Shown here one piece after another: positions 48,661-60,556 of a stretch of 64,000 bases of DNA. The notes beneath the pieces were generated by a model. That model searched no databases and was not told the DNA's origin. It saw nothing but the letters and a program-made list of their open reading frames with translations. The position numbers and the translations under genes were made by a program. Every line of letters begins with the position of its first letter. Positions within the stretch are counted from its first letter, which is position 1. Source of the DNA: Octopus sinensis (Eukaryota); contig NC_043022.1 in assembly GCF_006345805.1 (NCBI RefSeq), positions 3,286,001-3,350,000 of the forward strand, in the 5' to 3' direction.

Positions 48661-49441
48661 AATAATAATAACAATAATAATAATAATAAAAAATAATAAT
48701 AATAATAAAAAATAGTAATAATAATAATAATAAAAAATAATAATAATAATTTAAAAAATAATAATAATAAATAATAATAATAATAATAATAATAAATAAT
48801 AATAATAAAATAATAATAATATAATAATAAAAAATAATAATAATAATAATAATAAAAAAAATAATAATAATAATAATAAATAATAATAATAATAAATAAT
48901 AAATAATAATAAAAAATAATAATAATAATAACAATAAAAAATAATAATAATAATAATAACAATAATAATAATAATAAAAAATAATAATAATAATAAAAAA
49001 TAGTAATAATAATAATAATAAAAAATGATAATAATAATTTTAAAAAATAATAATAATAAATAATAATAATAATAATTTTAAAAAATAATAATAATATAAT
49101 TATAATAATAATAAAAAATAATAATAATAATAATAATAAAAAATAATAATAATAATAATAAAAATAATAATAATAAAAAATAATAATAATAATAAAAAAT
49201 AATAATAATAATAACAATAAAAAATAATAATAATAATAACAATAATAATAATGATAATAATAATAAAAAATAATAATAATAATAATAATAATAAAAATAA
49301 TAATAATTAGAATAATAATAAAAAATAATAATAATAATAAAAATAATAATAATTAAAAAAATAATGATAATAATAATAATAAATAATAATAACAATAAAT
49401 AATAATAACAATAATAATAATAATAATAATAAAAATAATAA
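48661..49441. repeat. ~780-bp interrupted (AAT)n microsatellite
   Basis: Directly visible. Confidence 0.97.
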
Positions 49442-49444
49442 CGG

Positions 49445-50066
49445 TTTCAAATTTTTCCACAGGGGCAGCAATTTTGGGGGTGGGGATGAGTCGACTACAT
49501 TGACCCCAGTGTTCAACTGGTACTCATTTTATCAACCCCAAAAGGGATGAAAGCAAAGTCGTCCTTGGAGGGAATTTGAACTCAGAAAGTAAAGATGGAT
49601 AAAATACCGCTAAGCATTTTGTCCAACATGCTAACAATTCTGCCAGTTTGCTGCCTTAATACTAATAATAATCCTTTTTACTATAGGCACAAGGCCTGGA
49701 ATTTAAGGGAGGAGTATAGTTGATTACATCAACCCCAGTGTTTCACTGGTTCCTAATTATCGACCCCGAAAAGATGAAAGGCAAAGTTGACATCGGTGGA
49801 ATTTGAACTCAGAACGTAGCGGCAGATGAAATATCTATTTCTTTACAACCGACAAGGGGCTAAACACAGAGGGGACAAACAAGGACAGACAAACGGATTA
49901 AGTCAATTACATCGACCCCAGTGCGTAACTGGTACTTAATTTGACCTCGAAAGGATGAAAAGCAAAGTTGACCTCGGCGGAATTTGAACTCAGAGCGTAA
50001 CGGCAGACGAAATACCGTTAAGCATTTCACCCGTCGTGCTAACGATTCTGCCAAGTTGCCATCTTA
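49445..50066 (-). mobile_element. Cluster of SINE family C copies
   Basis: Three minus-strand core motifs adjoining the (AAT)n tract. Confidence 0.82.
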
Positions 50067-50087
50067 ATATTAATAATAATTAATTTG

Positions 50088-50400
50088 TTTTATTGGCCAC
50101 AAGGGCTGAGACACACATGATTAGGAAACATAAAGGGACAAAACAGGACGAAAGGTTACAAAGGGTTTTGTCCGTTTGTGAAAAAATTGTGTAAAAACAG
50201 TGTAACAATCAAATAATATAACAATGAAAAACTCCCAATATGGGGAGGCGTTACGAAAGGTTCCTGGTGGGAAAACCCATAAAAGCCAACGGGAGCCTGG
50301 TCAAAAGGGGGGTAGAGAGCCCCTTTCTCCTTTTATAACACCTTTTTCAATTACAGGCGAAACCTCAGAATTGGCCATTCTTGCACAATTCACCCACCTT
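50088..50400 (-). mobile_element. Probable LINE (L1/Tx1-like) 3' end
   Basis: Minus-strand end GCCCTTGTGGCCAATAAA followed by AAT repeats; the same terminus occurs on + at about 4399-4420. Confidence 0.45.
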
Positions 50401-50606
50401 TAATTATAATAATGAGCTATTTCAATGTTTCTGTGTTCTGTATCTAAACGTACACAAATATCACTTGACAGATCCCTACCTGGATCTCTCACTATGATGG
50501 ATTCCTTCTCTTTAGTTTCCTGTTCCTTCACTGAAACAGAATAGATTTTAGGGATTTTTTTTTTTTTTGGTTTTAATTATTTCTTTTTGTTTTGCTTTGT
50601 TTTCAG

Positions 50607-50834
50607 TTTCTAAATGAGATTGTCGAAGTGTACAACCTCCTCTGTAAATTATGTGCTAAACTTCGGACACAGAACCAGGCCAAAGCCATCAGCGATGGCA
50701 GTGACGTGGATTATGTTGGCCCAGTCGAAGAGACTTGTAATTCTATCAGTGACATCAAATCTGGCCAGCTACGATCGCTCCTGCGTGAACTACAACAACT
50801 CATTCACAATCAGATATACTCAGCCAAACATAAA
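50607..50834 (+). CDS. BICDL1: BICDR/BICDL1-like, internal exon 4
   Basis: tttcag|TTT acceptor and AAA|gtaagt donor; 228 nt, phase 0-0. Encodes FLNEIVEVYNLLCKLCAKLRTQ...SDIKSGQLRSLLRELQQLIHNQ, which resembles BICDL1 QLWEAYCQVRYLCSHLR...KDVPAGSLRTALNELKRLIQ as recalled. Confidence 0.88.
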
Positions 50835-51073
50835 GTAAGTTGATTAGTTTCATTAAGTTTCATTCAAAGTTTGGTTGGTTGTGATTACAAATTAACCCTT
50901 TAACTGTGGAAATCAGTTTTATAAACCAGTTTGTCTTTTGTTGAGGAATGTTGTGCTCAAAACTATTTTTTGTTGAGATACGTCAAGTTTATTGCAGAAA
51001 ATACTAATTCTATTTTGAGATAGATATTTAATATCTTTCCTGGAATAAATAATTGTGAAATTTAATTTCACAG

Positions 51074-51615
51074 TTAACCCCTTTGATACCAACCCAGCTG
51101 AAACTACCTCTGGTTCTGTAGTACAAATGTCTTGTTTTCTAAAGTTCTGAATTAAAATCTTCCATCAAACCTTAGTCACAATTTATGTTCCTAACACTAG
51201 CTTAATGATGACTAAGTAATTTTACTAAATTCTTTGTTATATTTAAAATTAATTGAAACACAGAGCATCTCAAAATAAATAGGGTAATGAAAGGGTTAAA
51301 GACAGTCAAATGTGTCTTCAGTTTGCACAAGATTTGGCTGCTATTTCTAACTAGTCAAACAACTATGTGAAACAAAATCTGCAAATCAACCCTTTTGATA
51401 CCAACCCACCTGAATCCACCTTTGGCTCTGTAGTACAAATGTCTTGTTTTCAAAAATTCTGAATTAAAATCTTCCACCAAACCTGAGTCACAATTTATGT
51501 TCCTAACACTAGCTGAATGATAACGAAGTTATTTTACTAAATTCTTTGTTATATTTAAAATTTATTGAAAGAAACTCAGAGCATCTCAACAGAAATAGAA
51601 GGGTTAAAGGGTTAA
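51074..51615. mobile_element. Two piggyBac-type MITE family P2 copies
   Basis: 51074-51299 and 51387-51615, with AACCC...GGGTTAA ends. Confidence 0.8.
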
Positions 51616-52314
51616 TTTCATAGAGTTGAATTTAATAACATTTTTGGAGATTTTTTGTTTTGTTTTTGTCTTGTTTTAAACTATTAAACATCTTTTGTAA
51701 ACTAACCCTTTTGTTACCAACCTGTCTCACACCAGCCCCAACTCTTTGATACAAACTCCCTGTTTTAAAGGGATCTAAATTAGTCTTCCACTAAAGTTTC
51801 ATGTTAATCTATGTTCCAATCATCAGCTTAAGAATGGCAAAAATATTTTCCTAAATTCCTCATTACTATCAAAATTTATTGAAACAATGTCCTTCATTGA
51901 CATTTCTCAAATCTTCATGTTCTCGGTGCTTGAATATCTGGCATTATTGGTCTTAATAAGTTCCATTATTAATTCCTAAAATTTAGCAATAATCAGCCTT
52001 ATAACCCCTCCACCCACATTGCTCCTGAATAAATCATGGAAGGTGAACTAGGGAGAGAGGGTGGTTTTGTGTGATCCCTTTTAGGAGCTACCAGGCTACT
52101 ACAACAGTCTGTAACAAATAAACTGATTTCATAGATGGAAGTAGTAACAAAATACAGTCATGGCTAAAAGTTTGTAACAATTTTTAAAAATTTAAATTGT
52201 TATGTCCAAATGTACAGTTCAATTCAGATATATACAACGTAGAGATATATTTACCTAAAAGCTGATGGAATGGGTCAATATCTTCTAATTGAACCATTGG
52301 ATCATCATCATCCG

Positions 52315-52545
52315 TTTCTTTATTACCCACAAGGGGCTACACACAGAGGAGACAAACAAGGACAGACAAACGGATTAAGTCGATTACATCGACCCCAGTG
52401 CGTAACTGGTACTTGATTTATCGACCCTGAAAGGATGAAAGGCAAAGTCGACCTCGGCGGAATTTGAACTCAGAACGTAACGGCAGACGAAATACAGCTA
52501 CGCATTTCGCCCGGTGTGCTAACGGTTCTGCCAGCTCACCGCCTT
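52315..52545 (-). mobile_element. SINE family C inserted at the (CAT)n tail of a family-D element
   Basis: TSD GGATCATCATCATC; the family-D element continues at 52548-52930. Confidence 0.88.
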
Positions 52546-53749
52546 GGATCATCATCATCGTTTAACGTCTGTTTTCCATGCTAGCATGGGTTGAACAGTT
52601 CGACTGGGGTCTGGGAAGCCAGAAGGCTGCACCAGGCCCAGTCTCATCTGGCAGTGTTTCTACAGCTGGATGCCCTTCCTAACGCCAACCACTCCATGAG
52701 TGTAGTGGGTGCTTTTTACGTGCCACTGGCACAGGTGCCAGGCGAGGCTGGCAATGGCCATGATTGGTTGGTGCTTTTTACGTGCCGGTGGCACAGAGGC
52801 CAGTCGAGGCGGCGCAAGCAACGGCCACATTTGGATGGTTCTTTTACGTACCACCAGCACTGGTATCACAACTTCAATTTCCATTGATTTTCAATCGATT
52901 TTCATTTCACTTGCCTCAACAGGTCTTCGCAAGCAGAATTTTGTATCCCAAGAAGAAAAGGACTGGCTAAATCCCAGGTGAAGGCCATGGGTTCTGGCCT
53001 CACTTGTCCTGAAGTATATTTCTACATCGTATATATTTGAATCAAATTGTACTCGGGCATAACAATTTTAATGTTTAAAACATGTTCCAAACTTTGGCTA
53101 CGGTTGTTTTGGTAACAAAAGGGTTAATGTTTTTAATACTTCCTTGACACTGTTTCTCATTTTAAAATGTTCGTATTTATATTAAAACCTCCCATCATAA
53201 TTAATAGCAACAGATGCAATATTGTATTAATACCAAAAAGTCATGTTTATCTCTTAATTAACAAGAATGTTGTGTTGGAACACAAAATACTGCATTATTT
53301 ACTCTGAGAGGACCTCTCATATGGACTTATGGCACATCATGTTTATATCGCTGTTTATCATGTTTATATAGTGGAAGATAATCATCCACTACTGCTGCTA
53401 GAATTACTAGATCACATGATTTCAGCCTTCCTTGGCCTTCTCAGTGACAGACATCCATGGCTGGAGGCAGCAGCAGTTTCTCTGTCAGTAATATATAGAA
53501 TCTCTGTGTCTGTTCTGGCACTGGTGTTGCAGATAGCCAGTGGGATTATTAATACTGCTTCTGTCTCTATTAATTACTTTTAATAAGTCCACTTGCTCTG
53601 CATGTTCCTCCACAGCAACACACCTGTTTGTATCTGCTCTGAATTCTTGATTATTTTCATAATTAATCAAAACCCATCAAATTGGTGTATTTCTTTAGAA
53701 ATAAGGTGACAAAACAGTGTTAAATGTTTTTATTTTATTCAATTTTAAA

Positions 53750-54070
53750 CCCCTTCCCCAGCAACTCTTCTTGGAGAAAAGTTTCATTTTCAGACAAATT
53801 TTTTTTTATCAGACGAACTTGCATTCTCATCTGATGTGTCCAAGCTTCTAATAGAAGGGTCATACTCATTGTCATCTTCTCAGCTCGACATCTGGGCATA
53901 ATTTGTAAATAAAAAACAGATAAAAGCCAAGAAATGCCATGAATTGATGTATAAACTCATCTGTGGTTGGCTTTGGAATGATATATTTTGGATGAATTTA
54001 CTCGTTGCACTCTGAGAAAGACAAATTGGGTGAAGACAAGTTAACTTGTCTTTGCCAGGTAAGGGGTTAA
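53750..54070 (-). mobile_element. Possible piggyBac 5' end remnant
   Basis: Minus-strand TTAACCCC terminus followed by an acidic S/D/E-rich stretch (EDDNEYDPSIRSLDTSDENASSSD), as in piggyBac N-termini. Confidence 0.4.
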
Positions 54071-54564
54071 ATACATCCTGGAGCTTCTGATATACTCTTT
54101 TACTTGTTTCAGTCATTTGACTGCGGCCATGCTGGAGCACCGCCTTTAATCGAGCAACTCAACCCTGGGAGTTATTCTTTTGTAAGCCCAGTACTTATTT
54201 TATTGGTCTCTTTTGCCAAACCGCTAAGTAACGGAGATAAATAATAATAAAATAATAATATGGAGATAAATAATAATAAAAACTGTGAATGAATGAATAT
54301 CCCAGTGATCATAGGCAAGGGTTCAAACCTCAGATACAACCACTATTGCTCACCACACACACCAGTCTCATGTCATAGCCATACACTCCACCAGGATCCT
54401 CCATGTCCAATCACTGTTTCCATCGCCCCATCTTCATCTGTATCTTATTAACAGAATGTAGTTTACAGTTAAAACACAGTCTGGTGGAGCGAAGTGCAGG
54501 GGGGGGGGTACTATACCTTCAATAGGGCGAGCATTGTTAATCTTCCATTTCTTTAAACAAATAT

Positions 54565-55010
54565 TAGGGTGGCACATAAAAAGCACCATTCGTGCATGAC
54601 CAATGCCAGTGCCACCTGTGTCTGTGGCACCCGTGTCTGTGGCATGTAAAAAGCACCGTTTGAGTGTGGCTGATGTGAGTGCCGCCTGGCTGGCACCCGT
54701 GTCGGTGGCATGTGAAAAGCACCATTCAAGTATCACTGATGCCAGTGCTACCTGACTGGCACCTGTGCCGGTAGCACATAAATAGCACCATTCGAGTGTG
54801 GCCAATGCCAGTGCCGCCTGACTGGCACCCACGCCAGAGGCATGTAAAAAGCACCTATTACACTCTGAGAGTGGTTGGCATTAGGAAGGGCATCCAGCTT
54901 TAGAAACCTTGCCAAATCAGATTGGAGCCTGGTTCAGCCTCCCAGCTTGCTGGTTCTCAGTCAAACCAGCCAACCCATGCCAGCAAGGAAAGTGGACATT
55001 AGATGATATT
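54565..55010 (+). mobile_element. Retroposon family D with ~65-bp internal tandem repeats
   Basis: About four AAAAGCACCATTCGAGTGTGGC..GCCAGTGCC..CTGGCACC units. Confidence 0.78.
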
Positions 55011-55956
55011 TTCTGCTAATTATTCTCCTTCTTTGACATATTAATCTCACCATCACTGCATGGACCATTGCATGAAACAAGTTCTTATTCATCACGGCTA
55101 ACGTCTCGATGATTCTTATAATTCCTCACTTTGGTCCTCTGAAAATATTTTTACTTTGCATTCCTGTATGTTGTGTTGTTGCCTCTTTTGGTATCAACCT
55201 GTCTGAGACTGCTCCTGGTTTTACAATACGAGCGTTAGGAAGGGCATCCAGCCGTAGAAACATTGCCGGATCAGACTGGGCCTGGTGCAGCCTCCTGGCT
55301 TCCCAGACCCCAGTTGAACCGTCCAACCCATGCCAGCATGGAAAGAGGACGCTAAACAATGATGATGATGATTTACTGTTTAAAGTTATCTAAATTAAAA
55401 CCTTCCTTCATAATTTCATATTAATTTATATTCCAAACTTCAGCTGAATTAATGACAGTCATTTTACTAAATTCTTTGCTATTTTTCGAAATTAATTGAA
55501 AGGCAACGTATTTCATCAGAAATCCAGTAACAAAAAAGGATCTGTGTGTGTGTGTGATTACAAACAGTTTATCATGTGAGTTTTAAGCCTGGCAGAACCC
55601 ATCCTTCTCCAGATCTGGACACAGCTAATTTCTTAGGTAGAGAGGAATCTACCCCAATATTAAACTTTACTAACTCCAAAGTTGACCTTGCTGAGATTTG
55701 AGTTCAAGATCCGGAACAAGTTCCACAAAATAGTTTATCCAACATGCTAACAACTGGAACAAGAACAAGATATATATTATATTCGGCACCATGCTTCGAT
55801 GCTGCTGCTTCTATTATTAAAGAACCGTCCTTCATTGTCACTTTTCAAATCTTCATGTTCTCGGTGCTTGAATATCTGGCATTATTGGTCTTAATAAGTT
55901 CCATTATTAATTCCTAAAATTTAGCAATAATCAGACTTATAACCCCTCCACCCACA

Positions 55957-56223
55957 TCATCATCATTGTTCGACCGTGGTCGAGACAATGGAATTTACCA
56001 TGCTACGCCAGACTTCACGGTCCATCATGGCATTACGGAGGTCCTATTGCTGGATGCTTGTATCCCTGGAGATTACATCAGGGTAGGAGAGTGTGCGCCC
56101 TCTGGTATTGCGAGTAGATGGCTTCCAGAGGAGAAGAGTAGAAATTACTTCTTTTTCAGCTCTACAACAATGTCCAGCAAACTGGACTCTCCTACCTTTC
56201 ACAAGAGATGACACAGGTGGTAG
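55957..56223 (-). mobile_element. RTE LINE 3' fragment
   Basis: Near-identical reverse complement of 31955-32222; inserted into one copy of a local duplication. Confidence 0.9.
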
Positions 56224-56651
56224 TTGCTCCTGAATAAATCATGGAAGGTGAACTAGGGAGAGAGGGTGGTCTTGTGTGATCCCTTTTAGGGGCTGCCATG
56301 CTACTACAACAATCTGTAACAAATAAACTGATTTCATAGATGGAAACAGTAACAAAATTTCAACACTAAGGTCTATTTAAGGTTGTCACTTTATTTCAGG
56401 AAACTTGGAACCGGTTATCTCTGAATGGAGATATTAGAAAAATGATAAAATTTTTTGATATAATGGTAAGCTTACATGCACCGGAATGTCTGATTTTTTG
56501 TTTTTAGAGACCAGCATGTTTGATGGTTTATTACAGCTTGCACAGTCACAGTTGTTTTGGGGTTTTTTTGTGTGTGTTTCTGTGAGTGTTTGTATTGCAT
56601 GTATATTGCATTAGTCTGTGTGTGTCTGTGTGTATATATATATATATATAT

Positions 56652-56881
56652 AAGGCGGCGAGCTGGCAGAACCGTTAGCACGCCGGGCGAAATGCGTTGC
56701 CGTATTTCGTCTGCCGTTACGTTCCGAGTTCAAATTCCGCCGAGGTCGACTTTGCCTTTCATCCTTCCGGTGTCGATAAATTAAGTACCAGTTATGCACT
56801 GGGGTCGATGTAATCGACTTAATCTGTTTGTCTGTCCTTGTTTGTCTCCTCTGTGTTTAGCCCCTTGTGGGTAGTAAAGAA

Positions 56882-56883
<2 letters not shown>
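56652..56883 (+). mobile_element. SINE family C
   Basis: Young full-length copy in (TA)n. Confidence 0.92.
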
Positions 56884-56919
<36 letters not shown>

Positions 56920-57789
56920 GTGCATACAATTTCAATAAATCATGAATTTATCTTGTATATGATATACGTTTGTCTTTTTTTGTCCATATTTATACCACTG
57001 GTCTCTGAGTTATTTCCCATTGTCCATTTATGTTTATACACACATACACACAAAAACACACACATGTATAAATACATACACACACACACACACACACATT
57101 CACATGCTTTCACACAAAAGCTTGCATATGTCTGTATGTTTATTTGAAAACCCTTCACTGTTGTGATATCTTGTAGTTTCACATTTCAGTCTCATTCATA
57201 TCCTTATCACATCACTCTTTAATCATTAATCATATATTTCAAGCTGGAGTTTCTTTTCTCCAACATCATTCAACAATCATCAATCTAATACCTCATCTGT
57301 CTAAGTATTGATTCACCACATTGTTCTGACCAATAAAAACAGCTGAGTCACTTTCCCTAAAAGTTCAGGTTAATTAAAAATTAAAAATTACAGAAAAGAC
57401 AACGAAATATCTATTTATTCATTATACTAAACTCATATAGGAAGTAACCTTATTAAAAGTTATAATTAATAATAATATATACAATTACTAATGACTATGC
57501 TACTAAAGAATAAAGATAACGGATAAGATAATTAAATACCCATTTATTTTTATATCATACCCTTTTATATGAATTAAGATTATTATATAATAATAGAAAA
57601 ATTACTACAATTAATAATATATACAAATCTTGATGATCTTAGTGGATAATTACAGAATAAAAATTATAGCTAAGAATTCTATGTTATGCTTAATCGAGGC
57701 TTAGGTACCTTACATTGCTATAATTAATTAGTTACTCACTAATTAAAGCACTTTAAGAGAAATTAACCTTATTATATAATAATTAAAAG

Positions 57790-58720
57790 ATTATTATAAT
57801 GTCTTTCTAAATTTATGGCAGCATCTTAAAGTTAAGTGCCCATTAAAGTTCAATAAAATTAATTTAGAAGTAATTATAAAATATAATTCTTCGGGGCAAA
57901 GGTCACAAGTAGAATTACCAATATTATACAATAGTGCATAACTAATAGTGGACCACATTAAATCGTATTTAATATTCTTATCCCTTAAATTCTAAATGCA
58001 TTTACTAAGATTAGTAGAATTCCGCCGAGGTCGACTTTGCCTTTCATCCTTCCGGGGTCGATAAATTAAGTACCAGTTACGCACTGGGGTCGATGTAATC
58101 GACTTAATCCATTTAAAGGAATTAGAACAATTATAAAATCTAGATTTCCAACTAGTAGCAAAAGAACCAGTATACCAATACTAGTTATTACTTCACACTG
58201 ATACACTATATTCTTTTTTAAACACTGATTTCCTAAAGGGCATCAAGTTTTGTTTACACAATTACATATTGATTTGTTCACTTGTAAATTGCCCTCATAG
58301 TTATAAGAATTTCTACTAGCACCCTTCTGTAAAATAGGGGATACGGTTGGATCATTATTATTAATAGAATTAATATAAGATAAAAGACTCGCTATATTAT
58401 CAGCATTTTAATGAATTATAGAATCTAAACTTTGTTCCAAATGATTATCAATAACGTTAATTTCACTGTACATATCAGTTCTACAATTATTTATAGATTT
58501 AGACTTTAGATATTCTCTAATTCTCTGTTTATTTTTGCTGCAATTAAGCAGTTGAATATGAAAACTTAACACTATGTCTATTAAATAATTTCCCATATTT
58601 ACTTGAAGGTGGGAAATGCATACCTAGTATGGCAAGGAATTTACAAGGGATATTACAAGCTATTGGATATGAAAATGGAACATTATAGCATATAACATTT
58701 GTTGATATATTCATATTATT
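57790..58720 (-). pseudogene. Decayed Penelope-like element (RT C-terminal region plus GIY-YIG endonuclease)
   Basis: Minus-strand translations: NVICYNVPFS..IACNIPCKFLAILGMHFPPSSKYGKLFNRHSVKFSYS; C..K..CPLGNQCLKKNIVYQCEV; YTGSFATSWKSRFYN..NSF; TNLSKCI*NLRDKNIKYDLMW; CDLCPEELYFII; RCCH. These are hallmark PLE motifs. Stops, frameshifts and a SINE-C fragment at about 58017-58111 interrupt it. Confidence 0.85.
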
Positions 58721-59029
58721 ATTTCTATAAAACTTTTTGTCAGTTTTACTTTTATTAAAATTTATTTATTGATAATGTAAAGCAACATATTAATAATGTC
58801 AGGAGATTACTTATTGATAATGTAAATTGACTCGCTTATAATTTAGGGCAACTCATTGATAATTTAGGGTGACTATTGCTCATGTCTTTGCTGAAAGATT
58901 GTAAATTTAAGTCTCTCTGCTCCACCTGTGCCATAGGGAGCAAATAAGAGCAAAGGATTTGTGGCTTTGAAATGGAGTTTAAAATTGACAGTGCTGAGAT
59001 CCTGTCCTTTCACAGAAGGAATTAAGCAT

Positions 59030-59218
59030 CATTGATCAGACACTGTGTTGCTATTGACCAGACACTCACAGTGTTGCTATTGATCAAACACTTACAGTGT
59101 TGCTATTGACCAGACACTCATAGTGTTGCTATTGATCAAACACTTACAGTGTTGCTATTGGCCAGACATTCACGGTGTTGCTATTGATCAAACACTTACA
59201 GTGTTGCTATTGATCAGT
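59030..59218. repeat. 26-bp tandem repeat with alternating variants
   Basis: GTGTTGCTATTGACCAGACACTCACA alternates with GTGTTGCTATTGATCAAACACTTACA; about seven units. Confidence 0.9.
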
Positions 59219-59944
59219 CATTCTGGATCTATCCTCTCGTATTGTCCTGTGCATTTCTTAATAACTCCCCCCTCTCACTTCCTCTGTTTCTTGTTGCTAT
59301 TTTCTACTGTCCCTCGTCGTTGTCTTTTCATGTTGCTTGTCTTCATGTTTCTTGTTGATAATTCTTTGTGCTTGTCGATAACCTACCCACCACTGTACAT
59401 GTTGATAACTCCCTTTGTGTTTCCTGTTAAAAACCTACCCCCATGTCTTGTTGATAACTTCCCCTGTACTTTGTATTGATAACCACTCTTGTACACCATG
59501 ATTGATAATTCCCCATGTGTCTTGTTGATAACTTCCTCTGTACTTTCTGTCGCTCACTCTCCTTATACTGAGGAGGATGTTAGCAACATGATGTACGTCT
59601 TCTTTATAACTTTCTCTGTATGTCTTGTCGAAACCCCTTTTGTATGTCTTGTTGATAAATCTGTCTTGCTATTTATGTTGTATTGTTAAGCCCTTGTGTT
59701 TGTTGTTAAAATCCTTCTCCGTTGTTTCTTGTCCGTAACCTGATCCCTGTCCTCCCTGTGGTAACACTTCATGTTTCTTGTTGCTAACTGGTCACTATCA
59801 AGTTGTTTTTTTTTTTGACAATTGTCTTTCACTGTAGAGGAGAACTGATGCTATTTGTTTGTTGACAGTTCTTTTAAATTGTTATTTTATGACTGCCATA
59901 CTGTTATCATACATATATATATATATCACTGCTGATGTTCCATA

Positions 59945-60335
59945 GGTAGGTAGGAGCACTCCGTCGGTTGCGACGATGAGGGTCCCAGCTGATACGATCA
60001 ACGGAACAGCCTGCTCGTGATATTAACGTGCAAGTGGCTGAGCATTCCACAGACATGTGTACCCTTAACGTAGTCCTCGGGGAGATTCAGCGTGACACAC
60101 AGGATGTGACAAGGCTGGCCCCTTGAAATACAGGTACAAGAGAAACAGGAAGAAAGAGTGAGAGAAAGTTGTGGTGAAAGAGTACAGCAGGGATCACCAC
60201 CATCCCCTGCCGGAGCCTCGTGGGGCTTTTAGGTGTTTTCGCTCAATAAACACTCACAATGCCCGGTCTGGGAATCGAAACCGCGATCCTCCGACTGCGA
60301 GTCCGCTGCCCTAACCACTGGGCCATTGCGCCTCC
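59945..60335 (-). mobile_element. SINE family A
   Basis: TSD ATGTTCCATA. Confidence 0.9.
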
Positions 60336-60556
60336 ATGTTCCATAAGTAATGATGTTGATAACTCACACATGAAGCTGTGACTGTTCCCTATTTTATTGA
60401 GATATAAATGTATCTTGGAAAACATCATTCAACATGCCTTTTATTTAAAATGATGGCTTAGGGAGATTTGATAGCTTACATACATGGCTGCTATCAGAAG
60501 CTCCCACATGTGGCCACTACCAGTAACTTTAAGATATATATATATATATACACACT

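Noticed and set aside
48528-49516. Long hydrophobic ORFs (L/I/Y/F runs, up to 229 aa)
   Set aside because: They are translations of the (AAT)n microsatellite.
51311-51335. Weak complementarity to exon 4 (second ECS candidate)
   Set aside because: It is short with several mismatches and cannot be distinguished from chance.
53329-53670. Possible nested gene exon in unique-looking sequence
   Set aside because: Only short ORFs are present, with no recognisable domain or convincing splice pair; it may belong to the adjacent transposon remnant.
57200-57790. Very AT-rich stretch suggesting a mitochondrial insertion
   Set aside because: No mitochondrial gene motifs were recognised; it adjoins the Penelope-like remnant and is more likely its 3' region.
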